Source of the DNA: a virus
Length of the DNA: 64,000 bases
IMG/VR virus record: IMGVR_UViG_3300017728_000002
Coordinates: 21,482-85,481 of that record
Direction: 5' to 3' (one strand)
A model generated the notes under the pieces. That model saw only the letters and a list, made by a program, of their open reading frames with translations. It was not told the origin of the DNA and did no database searches. The position numbers and the translations under genes are program-made. Within the stretch, counting starts at the first letter, position 1; every line of letters starts with the position of its first letter. Below are positions 1-9,314 of the stretch, piece after piece.

Positions 1-2
1 AC

Positions 3-1340
3 AGCCGAAACAACTCTACTTCCTTTTCCATCCCGTTTCTACAACGTGTGGAAAACGACTTTGGAGACAAGGGCCGCTTTGTAGAAGTCATGCATGTTTG
101 CTGGAAGAGCTTTCGCAAGGTGGGTGTGCTCAGTTACATCGATGAGTTTGGTGTAAAGCAAATGAGTTTGGTAAGCGATTCCTACAAAACAGATCGCGAA
201 AACGGAGAAGAGACTGAGTGGTATTGGATCAACGAGGTTTGGGAAGGGTATCAAATTGACAATGACATCTATGTCGGGATCAACCCTATGGAAGGCCAGC
301 GCACTTCTATCTCCAATATCTCTAAGTGCAAGCTTCCCTACAACGGTAGAGCTTACTCCAATAGGCATTCAGAAAACGTCAGTGTAGTGTCTTTAGGCAT
401 GCCCTATCAGATCCTGTACAACGTATTCCACTACCGGTTGGAACTGACCATTGCTAAAAACAAGGACAAGATTGCTTTGATTGAGATGAACACCATTCCC
501 AAGCGTCATGGTTGGGACGAAGAGAAGTTCATGTATTACGCAGACGCTATGGGCTTTGCGTTTATCGACTCTACAGCTGAGGGTAAAAACAACGAGCGTG
601 TATCCTTTAACCAGTACCAAGTATTGGACATGTCTTTAGGTCAGTATATGGCTCAGCAAATTGAGCTGTTGCGTGCTATCAAAGAAGAGTGGGAAGAGTT
701 GTTGGGAATCTCTAGGCAACGCAAAGGCCAAGTCATGGCTTCAGACGGTACTGGTTCTACTAAAAGTGCCATTGCTCAGAGTACTGCCATCACCGAAGAG
801 ATCTTCAGGAAGTTCGAGAAGTTTGAACAGAAAGAGATGCAAGGGCTGCTTGACATCTCTAAGCACGCATTTAGAGATGGCAAGAAGGTGCAGTACATCA
901 CAGATGACTACCGCAACGCTTGGCTAGACATTGAAGGCGTCTCTTACCAGGAGAGTGAGTTTGGAATTTTTGCTAAGAATTCTGCTCAAGAAAATCAGAA
1001 GATGGAGCAGATGCGAGGCCTGCTTCAAGCCATGGCTCAAAATGGCGTTGGACCTAAATCCATTGCAGAGATTCTTGATGCAGACAACTTCTCAAGGATC
1101 AAGCAGCTCGCTGACAAAGTAGAGCAAAAGCAAGCTGAGATGGGTCAAGCTGCTCAGAAGTCAGAGGAGAAGAAAGAGCATGGGAAGCTTCAATTGGAAT
1201 TGCAAAAGCTTCAAGCAGAACAATCTCATGAAGCTCAACAAAACGAAATGGACCGTCAGACCAAACTTGAAGTGGCTCATATCCAAGCTTCTAGTAAGGA
1301 TACGGACCACAATAACGATGGAAAAACGGATAACAAATAA
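3..1340 (+). CDS. Portal protein, C-terminal part (5'-truncated by window edge)
   Basis: Frame is open from position 3; crAss-type portal motifs WINEVWEGY, KLPYNGR, YQILYN, FNQYQVLDMSL, GISRQRKG; lies upstream of scaffold and MCP. Confidence 0.88.
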   Translation, partial: SRNNSTSFSIPFLQRVENDFGDKGRFVEVMHVCWKSFRKVGVLSYIDEFGVKQMSLVSDSYKTDRENGEETEWYWINEVWEGYQIDNDIYVGINPMEGQRTSISNISKCKLPYNGRAYSNRHSENVSVVSLGMPYQILYNVFHYRLELTIAKNKDKIALIEMNTIPKRHGWDEEKFMYYADAMGFAFIDSTAEGKNNERVSFNQYQVLDMSLGQYMAQQIELLRAIKEEWEELLGISRQRKGQVMASDGTGSTKSAIAQSTAITEEIFRKFEKFEQKEMQGLLDISKHAFRDGKKVQYITDDYRNAWLDIEGVSYQESEFGIFAKNSAQENQKMEQMRGLLQAMAQNGVGPKSIAEILDADNFSRIKQLADKVEQKQAEMGQAAQKSEEKKEHGKLQLELQKLQAEQSHEAQQNEMDRQTKLEVAHIQASSKDTDHNNDGKTDNK

Positions 1341-1391
1341 CGAGTTCTGTTTTTCTTGGAATAATATTCCATATAACCTACATTCAATACG

Positions 1392-2498
1392 ATGGCCGAA
1401 AGTAAAGAGTTGGGCTTAGATAGCCTTAAAGGAGTAGACTGGCTGAACGATTCAGCGCCTGCACCTCCAGCACCTCCAGAATCTTCAGCGGAAGTTCCTG
1501 CTGAAAATTTAGAAGAATCTTCTGTTATGGAGCAACCTGAGGTGGCCCCCGATACGCAAGTTCAGGAGCCTGTAGCAGAAGTTGAAGAACCGGTAGATGC
1601 GCCGGAAGAACCTGTAGAACCTATTGCCGCAGCACCCCCAGCGGAAGCTGAGGAAGAGCCAGGGGTAATTCAAACCCTGACTCAGCGGTTGGGTTATGAA
1701 GTAGAAGGGGACTTTTCTGATGACTACGATGGTCTAGAAAAGTATACTGCTGCTGTAGCAAGCAAGATTGCTGAAGAGCAACTTGGTAATATTTTCAATC
1801 AGTACCCTGACGTACGAGAATACTTTCAGTACCGCAGTAACAATGGAGATCCATTAAAGTATTTCCAAGCACAACAAGCGGAGATGGACTACGGCGCTAT
1901 GGCTGTAGATGACAACGTTGCTACTCAAAGGCGCGTTGTACAAGATGGTATGCGGTCTCAAGGTTTTGGAGATGAAGACATCTCTAAAATGATGGACGCA
2001 TATGAAGATGCAGGCATTCTAAAAGACAATGCCGAAGTCTACCTAGGCCATCTCCAGCGCAATCAAACTGCTCAAAAGCAAACCCTTTTGCAGCAGCAAG
2101 AAGCGCAAGCGGCACAACAACGTGCCGAAGCCGAACAATACTGGCAACAAGTGTCTAAGACTGTTGATTCTGGCGAGCTCAAAGGCCTGCAGATTCCTCA
2201 AAGACAACGCAAACAGTTTTACGACTGGATGACATTACCGGTAGATCAAAAAGGAGCGACTCAACGCGACGTAGACCGAAGTCAACTTGATACCGAAACA
2301 GCACTAGCTCTAGAATATTTGATTTATCAAGGATTTGATTTAACGAAGCTTTCCCGCAACGTAGCCAAAACCAAAACAACTCAAAGCTTGAAAGCCAAGC
2401 TTCAAAGTTCTCCATCCGCTTCGACTAGGATGAAGTCACGTAGCAAGTCGACTGTAACCAAGGCATCACCCCTTCCTTCACTTCGGGACTTGCTATAA
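1392..2498 (+). CDS. Conserved capsid-module protein, putative scaffolding protein
   Basis: Acidic Pro/Glu-rich disordered N-terminus, coiled-coil middle, basic C-terminus; located between portal and MCP as in crAss-like phages. Confidence 0.65.
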   Translation: MAESKELGLDSLKGVDWLNDSAPAPPAPPESSAEVPAENLEESSVMEQPEVAPDTQVQEPVAEVEEPVDAPEEPVEPIAAAPPAEAEEEPGVIQTLTQRLGYEVEGDFSDDYDGLEKYTAAVASKIAEEQLGNIFNQYPDVREYFQYRSNNGDPLKYFQAQQAEMDYGAMAVDDNVATQRRVVQDGMRSQGFGDEDISKMMDAYEDAGILKDNAEVYLGHLQRNQTAQKQTLLQQQEAQAAQQRAEAEQYWQQVSKTVDSGELKGLQIPQRQRKQFYDWMTLPVDQKGATQRDVDRSQLDTETALALEYLIYQGFDLTKLSRNVAKTKTTQSLKAKLQSSPSASTRMKSRSKSTVTKASPLPSLRDLL

Positions 2499-2517
2499 CC
2501 TTTAATCTGACTAATCT

Positions 2518-3945
2518 ATGTCTGACAATTTGAAAAAGTTGCGTCTTTACGAAGACGTATTTAATTCTGATGGGATGACCGACGAGAACTCGTTGGCCAA
2601 TGCTCTGATGACCCAACCGGATGTTCTTTCTCCGGTAATCACGCACCTTTCTGGGCGCGAAGACAAGCGTTTCCCACTCTCCTTCCTTACCGAGGGTATG
2701 GGCAACGTGAAGTACATCAATGATGTTGAGTATGACTACCCTGTTATGGGGCGCTTGAACAAAAGCGTTCCGTGCGTTGGGAATGGTACAATCTCTGTCA
2801 ATGGAGGTACTGTCTCTTTCACTGATCGTTGGTTTGTTAAGAACTACATCATTGAGTTCGGTGATACTAACAACACCCAGGTTCGTTTGACCGGGGACCC
2901 CGTGCAGACTGCCGGTGGTTGGAAGTACAACTGTGAGTTGGTAACCAGTGACAACACAATTACTGTAGGCTCCAGCAATTTGGCTGGTAAGCTGGCTGTT
3001 CAGCTCTTTGCTGCTAACGCGTTCTCCGGATCACGTGGTAACGAGAGCAACTGGGTCGCGCCATCCAAAATGCGCAACCAGATCAGCTTGATTCGTAAGT
3101 CATACCGCTACGAGGGTAACATGCCCGACCGTGTGGTGAACTTCGAATTCAACGTCGGTGGCCGTTCAACCAACTTGTGGTACGACTTTGAGGAGTACCA
3201 GCACATGTTGCGTTGGAAGGAGGAGACTGAGCTTGCTATGTGGTACTCACGTTACAACCGTGATTCTGACGGACTCATTCACCTTCGTGATGAGAACGGC
3301 AAGGTTATTCCTTTGGGCAGCGGTGTGATCGAGCAGATCCCGAACGTAGACACATACTCTGTGTTGACGGCAGCCAAGCTGAAGGGTGTGGTTCGTGATG
3401 CTCTGTATGGTGCGTCTGATGCTTCCGACATGAACATTGTTCTCTTCACCGGCCTCGGTGGAATGGAAGAGTTTGACAACGCCATGAAGGATGAGCTTTC
3501 TAGCCAGACTTACATCAAGAACACCGATCCCGGATCGTTCGTTGGTGGAAGTGGTCGGAACCTTTCCTTGGGTGGTTTCTTCACTCAGTACCAGCACATC
3601 GATGGTCACACCATCACTGTGCGTCACTTGCCCTTGTTTGATCACGGTGCACGTGCTCTTGCTAGTGAGCGTCACCCTGTTACGGGTCTCCCACTTGAGA
3701 GCTACCGCATGATCTTCTTGGACATGAGCACATACGACGGAGAGAACAACGTCAGCATGATTACCCGGAAGAACCGTGAGTTGGTTCGTTGGGCAGTCGC
3801 TGGTGCTTCTGTTCCTCCTGGGTTTGCAGGAAACGCCTTGCGCGCGACCGACGTAGACGGATCTGCAGTGCACTTCCTTAAGGAGTGTGGTATCAGCATC
3901 CGCCGTGCTACGAATTGCTTGCACCTGGAGTGCGTGCGTAGCTAA
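2518..3945 (+). CDS. Major capsid protein (crAss-like)
   Basis: 475 aa; motifs MTDENSLANAL, FPLSFLTEG, RNQISLIRKS, GSGVIEQI, LFTGLGGMEEFDNAMK, HPVTGLPLESYRMIFLD; strongly biased codon usage; followed by a hairpin. Confidence 0.92.
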   Translation: MSDNLKKLRLYEDVFNSDGMTDENSLANALMTQPDVLSPVITHLSGREDKRFPLSFLTEGMGNVKYINDVEYDYPVMGRLNKSVPCVGNGTISVNGGTVSFTDRWFVKNYIIEFGDTNNTQVRLTGDPVQTAGGWKYNCELVTSDNTITVGSSNLAGKLAVQLFAANAFSGSRGNESNWVAPSKMRNQISLIRKSYRYEGNMPDRVVNFEFNVGGRSTNLWYDFEEYQHMLRWKEETELAMWYSRYNRDSDGLIHLRDENGKVIPLGSGVIEQIPNVDTYSVLTAAKLKGVVRDALYGASDASDMNIVLFTGLGGMEEFDNAMKDELSSQTYIKNTDPGSFVGGSGRNLSLGGFFTQYQHIDGHTITVRHLPLFDHGARALASERHPVTGLPLESYRMIFLDMSTYDGENNVSMITRKNRELVRWAVAGASVPPGFAGNALRATDVDGSAVHFLKECGISIRRATNCLHLECVRS

Positions 3946-3956
3946 ACAATTTAAGA

Positions 3957-3986
3957 TAGGGGGAGGGTCAAACAGGCTCTCCCCTA
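3957..3986 (+). terminator. GC-rich hairpin after MCP (terminator or mRNA-stabilising stem)
   Basis: TAGGGGGAGGGTC-aaaca-GGCTCTCCCCTA pairs with G-U pairs and one bulge; no clean U-tract. Confidence 0.6.
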
Positions 3987-4004
3987 TATCTAACAATCTA
4001 TTTC

Positions 4005-4169
4005 ATGGCTGTACGTAAAGGCTTGTGGGCGAACATTCACGCAAAAAGAAAGCGCATTGCTAGCGGTTCTGGAGAACGGATGCGCGCAGCGGGTAGTAAA
4101 GGCGCGCCTACAACAGCAGCTATGAAAGCATCTAAAAGCAAGAAAAAAAGCCGCAAAAAACGGAAGTGA
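4005..4169 (+). CDS. Small basic protein (54 aa, GLWANIHAKRKR family of aquatic phages); absent from ORF track
   Basis: Manual translation MAVRKGLWANIHAKRKRIASGSGERMRAAGSKGAPTTAAMKASKSKKKSRKKRK*; TGA overlaps next ATG. Confidence 0.8.
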   Translation: MAVRKGLWANIHAKRKRIASGSGERMRAAGSKGAPTTAAMKASKSKKKSRKKRK

Positions 4170-4474
4170 TGCCTGTCAAGAAAAAAAGACAAGCTTCCAT
4201 TCGGCGCACTACACGTGGTAAAGGGGCCAACTACCGCTCTACCAAGTCTGGTGCTGGTATGACTAAAAAGGGCGTTGCTGCCCATCGAAGAGCTAACCCA
4301 GGGTCCAAGCTAAAAACAGCTGTTACGGGTAAAGTAAAGAAGGGATCAAAATCGGCTAAACGCCGCAAGTCGTATTGCGCTCGCTCACTGGGACAGCTTA
4401 AAAGAAGCAGCGCTAAAACTCGTAATAATCCTAACTCACGTATTCGTCAAGCACGAAGACGTTGGAAATGCTAA
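4169..4474 (+). CDS. Small basic phage protein (DUF6321-like)
   Basis: GAGMTKKGVAAHRRANPGSKLKTAVT...RRKSYCARS...NSRIRQARRRWKC pattern recognised from aquatic phage proteins; TGATG coupling. Confidence 0.75.
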   Translation: MPVKKKRQASIRRTTRGKGANYRSTKSGAGMTKKGVAAHRRANPGSKLKTAVTGKVKKGSKSAKRRKSYCARSLGQLKRSSAKTRNNPNSRIRQARRRWKC

Positions 4475-4477
4475 GTC

Positions 4478-5266
4478 ATGCCCTACAAAACATCTAAGAA
4501 ATCCAAGAAGCGCATTATGCGTGCTGGGGGTACTTCTCCAGTAAGTACTCGTCCTGCACCGAAAAACCGGTACGAACGGGATAAGCAGCAAGAGCTAAAA
4601 GGTAAAGCAGAAGCTGAGATCAAAAAGCAGAATGCAGCTTTGACTAAAAAACGCGCTGCCGCTAAAGCCAAAAAAGCAGCAGAAGCTAAAGTGGCTAAAG
4701 GGAAAGCTGCTGGCAAAACCATTGCAGCAACCAATATCAATGCTAAAGGAGTTAGAAAAGCTTTGGGTAAAGGCACTGTAGGAGCAGGGAAGGTTAATTT
4801 GTCTCGGCCTAAAACTCCTCCTAAGCCTAAAAGCGCATATGCATCAGCCAAGAAAAAAGTTAGCAATCTTGATTCGCTAGTTTCTCGTCGTAATAAATTG
4901 ACCAAAGGCACTCCTGAATACAATCGGGTTCAGAACAAGATTAACTCTGCATACGGTAAAGGCCCGCAGCGTGACGCTTCTATTAAAAAGGCAACTGCTA
5001 AGAAAGCAGGCCCTGTGTCTTCTGGAAAAAAGCCTACGTTGAAACTGGCAAAGGCTCCTGCTAAGCCAACTCAAACACCTGCACAAAAGCGTAAGGCCGC
5101 TGCTGCAAAAAGGAAGACCGGTCGTAAAGCTACTAGTGCTAGTCGTAAAACAGCAAGCAAGGCTAAACGCGGTTTGGCTAAGTCTAATCGCGAGATTAAG
5201 TCTATTGCTAACAAGGCCAGCAAAGCTCGTAAGAAGGCTGCTATCCGTCGTATTCGCAAAGGATGA
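4478..5266 (+). CDS. Lys/Ala-rich histone-H1-like basic protein
   Basis: 262 aa, very rich in K/A/R; internal LDSLVSRRNKLTKGTPEYNRVQNKINSAYG helical segment. Confidence 0.7.
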   Translation: MPYKTSKKSKKRIMRAGGTSPVSTRPAPKNRYERDKQQELKGKAEAEIKKQNAALTKKRAAAKAKKAAEAKVAKGKAAGKTIAATNINAKGVRKALGKGTVGAGKVNLSRPKTPPKPKSAYASAKKKVSNLDSLVSRRNKLTKGTPEYNRVQNKINSAYGKGPQRDASIKKATAKKAGPVSSGKKPTLKLAKAPAKPTQTPAQKRKAAAAKRKTGRKATSASRKTASKAKRGLAKSNREIKSIANKASKARKKAAIRRIRKG

Positions 5267-5391
5267 ACGAGGAAGACGACATCAGCTTCTTGAATCCAAA
5301 ACGGGTTAAGAAGACTGAAGACAAGATGGAAAGCGGAGAGCTGACCTGCAACATTGACAATCCCGAAGAGTGCGAAAGCTGTAGTGGATGA
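5263..5391 (+). CDS. 42-aa acidic peptide ending in an RNR-alpha-like C-terminal CxxC tail; absent from ORF track
   Basis: MNEEDDISFLNPKRVKKTEDKMESGELTCNIDNPEECESCSG*; ATGA overlaps with both flanking genes. Confidence 0.75.
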   Translation: MNEEDDISFLNPKRVKKTEDKMESGELTCNIDNPEECESCSG

Positions 5392-5555
5392 AGAAGTTTA
5401 ACGGACATCGTTGCGAAAAGCGCAACCTGCCGGAAGCTGTTCTAGGCGTAAGATTCAATTCTCTAGGGCAGGGGACACGCGTGCAGTCAAACAAAACAAA
5501 GGTGGCTGCACGCCCCAAGAATTACGTAGAAACCCCCAACCATATAAATAAGTAA
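5388..5555 (+). CDS. Small basic hypothetical protein (55 aa); absent from ORF track
   Basis: MKKFNGHRCEKRNLPEAVLGVRFNSLGQGTRVQSNKTKVAARPKNYVETPNHINK*; fills the gap exactly with ATGA and TAATG overlaps. Confidence 0.55.
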   Translation: MKKFNGHRCEKRNLPEAVLGVRFNSLGQGTRVQSNKTKVAARPKNYVETPNHINK

Positions 5556-6361
5556 TGAGCGAAAAGATTGTTTACCTGTTGCGTCGTGACAACACCACAA
5601 ACTTGCCCGATGACGTATATGTAGACGCTAAGCGTCGTGTAGGTAGTGTCTTTGACAAGAACGGCAACCTTGTAAAAGGATTGAGCCTTCAAGAGCAAAA
5701 GTCTATCCTGCCTCACATCATTGGTATGGAGAACAACGATCCTGGATGGAACAACGCAGTGCGTAGGTTTTATGCAGAGATGAGCATTGAAGTTCCTCAG
5801 AAGGGAGTGGAGTTTGACATTTCAACTGAGGAAGATGGCCGTCCTAATAATCCTATGGATTACGTCAAGTTTCGTTTTGCGATTAACCACCCGCACGTAG
5901 CCGAAGAAGAAGACAAGGACATCAACGGTACTCGGTACTACTTCTTTGATCCAAAGCAAGACGAGCAAGAGCGTGTGGCTGAAACGCGTCAGCGTAAGGA
6001 TGCTTACAAGAACTTGATCTTAATCTGTGAGGATGAAGCCCGTATGGACGTTGTAATGAAAGCCAATGGGGAGTCTGTAACTGACTTGACCAAAGACCAA
6101 AAAGAACTGGCGTTAGAAGAAATGATGGAAGCAGATCCTGCTGAATTTATCCGTATCGCCAACGACAAAGACTTGGAGACAATCGCTTTGATTAAAGAGT
6201 GTTTGGACTGCAGTGTTTTGCGTAAAAGCGGCAACACCTATTTGTATGGTGATGAAGTTCTGGGAGAAGACATGGAACAAACCATTCGTGCTCTGAAGCT
6301 TAAGCGCAACAGTGGCATGCTACAAGACATCAAATCCAAACTTCAAGCCTTTCAATCATGA
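5555..6361 (+). CDS. Conserved crAss-like capsid-module protein (post-MCP gene)
   Basis: 268 aa; RPNNPMDYVKFRFAINHPHVA and C-terminal VLRKSGNTYLYGDEVLG pattern; syntenic position. Confidence 0.65.
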   Translation: MSEKIVYLLRRDNTTNLPDDVYVDAKRRVGSVFDKNGNLVKGLSLQEQKSILPHIIGMENNDPGWNNAVRRFYAEMSIEVPQKGVEFDISTEEDGRPNNPMDYVKFRFAINHPHVAEEEDKDINGTRYYFFDPKQDEQERVAETRQRKDAYKNLILICEDEARMDVVMKANGESVTDLTKDQKELALEEMMEADPAEFIRIANDKDLETIALIKECLDCSVLRKSGNTYLYGDEVLGEDMEQTIRALKLKRNSGMLQDIKSKLQAFQS

Positions 6362-7470
6362 ATCGACGTAGACGCACTAAAGGCTCTTTTCAAACCGACT
6401 CTGGTCGGATTGAAGTAGAGTCACCGCAATTGGCAGACTTTCTAGCCAACCTTTCTGCAGGGGGTGGATCTGGGGTTTTAGAAGAAGACCTTACGGTAAC
6501 CTTTGATGGGGGCGTAGGGGCTGCAGGTGAAGGCCAGGTGTTTGAAGCAGGAACCAGCTTAGAAGAAGTTCTGCGCACCATTTGCACCGGCGCTACTGCA
6601 ACTCCTTCACTGCAAGGGTTAGAGCTTTTTAGCCCAACTAATGTTTTGCTTACTTCGGGTCTGGGTCAGACGTTCTTGTTTGAAGCCGGTACAGAAGTTA
6701 TTGCTGCTTCGTATGATGTAACCTTGGTAAGCCCAGAGAGCTTTGAGCCAGCTGTTAATTCACTTAGCGTAATCCAGGGAGGTACTACATATAACGTAGA
6801 CGAGAACGAAACAGTCAATACTACAACGTCTGAAATTTCAGGTGATTTTGATGTTACTACATCTCTAGTAGTTGTTGCCAATCAGGTTTCAATGGGGGCA
6901 AATGCATCAGGAGACTTTCCGTTCACCTTTGGAGGCGCCAATACATCTCAAACGGTAACCTTTACTGCTTCTGCTAATTTGCTGGGCGGAGGATCTGAAA
7001 CTGACACGGTAAAAATGGAACATGTGTTGCCCGCGTTTGTGTTGAATCTTAGTGACGCTGAGTGGACAGGCTTGGTGATATACCTTGAAAATGCGCCATC
7101 GGCTGTTTCAACTGTAATTCCAACTTTGGGAACTATTCAGTGTACCAAGCAGACTTTACAGAGCAAAGCTAATTACGACGGAGAGCCATTTAACAATGAA
7201 GGGTATGTGGATGCTGCATCCCAAGTTCATGTATTGTGCGTGCCGTCAAACACATATCACACAGGAACTCCGGAGGTTGTAAGTATTTCAGGTATAGGGA
7301 GTAATGTGGTGTCAGGTGGGATTAGTCAAGTGTATTCAAATGTTTCTTTGCCTATAGGACCTGCTGGTTTAAACATGATTAGCGTAGATGCCAATCAGGA
7401 TTACAATTTGTATCGTTTTGTTAATGTGTCTTCTTTCGTGGAAGACACCCTCACTTTGAACTTCTCGTAA
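6358..7470 (+). CDS. Putative structural (head fibre/decoration) protein
   Basis: 370 aa, rich in Thr/Ser/Gly/Val (beta-type composition); GVGAAGEGQVFEAGTSLEEVLRTI segment typical of phage fibre proteins. Confidence 0.45.
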   Translation: MNRRRRTKGSFQTDSGRIEVESPQLADFLANLSAGGGSGVLEEDLTVTFDGGVGAAGEGQVFEAGTSLEEVLRTICTGATATPSLQGLELFSPTNVLLTSGLGQTFLFEAGTEVIAASYDVTLVSPESFEPAVNSLSVIQGGTTYNVDENETVNTTTSEISGDFDVTTSLVVVANQVSMGANASGDFPFTFGGANTSQTVTFTASANLLGGGSETDTVKMEHVLPAFVLNLSDAEWTGLVIYLENAPSAVSTVIPTLGTIQCTKQTLQSKANYDGEPFNNEGYVDAASQVHVLCVPSNTYHTGTPEVVSISGIGSNVVSGGISQVYSNVSLPIGPAGLNMISVDANQDYNLYRFVNVSSFVEDTLTLNFS

Positions 7471-7473
7471 ATC

Positions 7474-8610
7474 ATGCCTATTAATCTCGTTGACACTCTT
7501 GCAACCAGTCAGTTTGCAGAGCATAACCTTCTAGACCTGTCAGCTAACAACGTCAAGGGAATTGGGTTTTATGACACCTTAAGTGATGTCTTTAATCAAA
7601 GATCCAATCAACGTTGCTTAGGGTTTTTGGCATGTGTATCTGGAACTGAGTCACAAGCTGTGTATCAATACACGGCTACAACACTAGACACTTGGACCAG
7701 TCCTGACAGTTGGACTCAGTTAGGAGGGGCTGTTTCAGAAAGTTCTGATACAGGGTTGTCGCCGTACACAATGGACTTAAAGACCACCACGTCTTTAGCC
7801 GGAAAATACGATATAGCTTTAGCTCCTTTCTATACAGATTTTTCTAAAGTTCCTACCACGTTTGAGCTGCGGTTTGACAGCAAAAATAGCTTTCCGTATG
7901 ACATCAATACGCGAGGCTTGCATTCAGAAGCGCCTCAGTACGCTGAGCGGTGGACGCACTCTACAGGACCTTTTGTAGGTAAATTATCTTCAGATGTGTT
8001 GCCTGGACAAGTGTTTGTTAAAATGCGTGCAAGCTGGGGCACTGAGTTCAATGATTTGACTCACTCAGGAACTGTCGGGTGGAACGGATTAAGTGGAGAC
8101 GCTTTGTCTCAAGCAGCTACAGGAACTTGGGTAGCATCTGGCGGTACAGCCGCAGAGATAGAGCTTAGAGCTTTTCTAGAAGGGCTACCTCCGGTAAAGG
8201 ATACTTTGCACTGGTTGTACATAGGAGACTATCTAAGTTCTCCCTTGTACCTCCTTCATGATCCAAGTGCAGGAGCTCAATCTGGAACTCAAGACATCAG
8301 TAGCATAGCAGCTAAGTGGACGCCTGTGAATGCGGCTTTGATGAGTTTGAATGTAACTCGAGCTGCTTCAGGGGGCGCTGTAACTCCTGATACAAGTAGC
8401 AATTTTCAAATCACTTACCCGGACACTAAGCGTGCAAGCTTGTTGACTGTTGGCACAAGTCGCGAAAATGGTTTTTCTACTGTTGATGACTTGTTAAACA
8501 TGCGTATGGTCATTACGCTGAATCCTATTTTCCAAACGTTTGCAGAAAACTACTTGGCAACTGCATTTCCGCAGATTGAGTTTGATGCACAGATCTACGT
8601 GGAACTGTGA
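7474..8610 (+). CDS. Putative head fibre/structural protein
   Basis: N-terminal NNVKGIGFYDTL...RCLGFLACV...YQY...WTQL module resembles fibre N-terminal domains; lies in structural operon. Confidence 0.45.
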   Translation: MPINLVDTLATSQFAEHNLLDLSANNVKGIGFYDTLSDVFNQRSNQRCLGFLACVSGTESQAVYQYTATTLDTWTSPDSWTQLGGAVSESSDTGLSPYTMDLKTTTSLAGKYDIALAPFYTDFSKVPTTFELRFDSKNSFPYDINTRGLHSEAPQYAERWTHSTGPFVGKLSSDVLPGQVFVKMRASWGTEFNDLTHSGTVGWNGLSGDALSQAATGTWVASGGTAAEIELRAFLEGLPPVKDTLHWLYIGDYLSSPLYLLHDPSAGAQSGTQDISSIAAKWTPVNAALMSLNVTRAASGGAVTPDTSSNFQITYPDTKRASLLTVGTSRENGFSTVDDLLNMRMVITLNPIFQTFAENYLATAFPQIEFDAQIYVEL

Positions 8611-9296
8611 CTGTTCAAGAACTTCACTACGCCATAGATCAAGGTTTGCAAAAAGTAGGCAGCTATGCCTATGACAACTTTTTAGCAGACGAGATTGACT
8701 TTTGGTTGAACAGGGCTCAAGAGCGGTTTATTAAAGACCGGGCTTTTGCGCACTCAGACCTAAAGCAATTGGGGTTTGTAGCCAATCAAAAACGGTTAGA
8801 CGACTTGCGTCAAATCCTTGCAATTGATTATGTAGATACAGCGCCTGCTTCAGCTGGTGTAGAGTTTCAGGTATATGATTTGCCTGTAGACTACATGTAC
8901 ATGGTCAACATCAGGGCTCAGATCCGCAAGGATGCATGTGAACCTGCAACCCTAGCTAGTGCGGCAGATACTGTACCTGTTAGGGTTGTAGACAACAGTG
9001 AAGTTTATTTTCTACAACAAGATCCTTTTGCTCGAAGTCAGGTTAGTACACCCCTGGCTATCCTTAATCAGTTGGATATCAAGGTATTTCAAGACAACGA
9101 AAGTTTCATATTAGAAGGGATTTCACTCGATTACATTAGGGTGCCTCAGGAAATTGACTTACAATTAAATCAGACCAGCGAGTTGGCGGAGCATACTCAT
9201 CAAGAGATAGTAGACATTGCTACCAAAAACATTTTAGAAGCAATTGAGTCGCCACGCTATCAGAGCAACACCAACGAGCTAAACACTTCTGAATAA
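8607..9296 (+). CDS. Tail ring / head-tail adaptor protein
   Basis: EIDFWLNRAQERFIK, YDLPVDYMY, LDYIRVP, SELAEHTHQEIVDIA motifs of crAss ring proteins. Confidence 0.8.
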   Translation: MTVQELHYAIDQGLQKVGSYAYDNFLADEIDFWLNRAQERFIKDRAFAHSDLKQLGFVANQKRLDDLRQILAIDYVDTAPASAGVEFQVYDLPVDYMYMVNIRAQIRKDACEPATLASAADTVPVRVVDNSEVYFLQQDPFARSQVSTPLAILNQLDIKVFQDNESFILEGISLDYIRVPQEIDLQLNQTSELAEHTHQEIVDIATKNILEAIESPRYQSNTNELNTSE

Positions 9297-9314
9297 CCCC
9301 TAACTCTCTACACC

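Noticed and set aside
3247-3996. 249-aa antisense ORF over the MCP gene
   Set aside because: Shadow ORF from biased codon usage; no recognisable motifs
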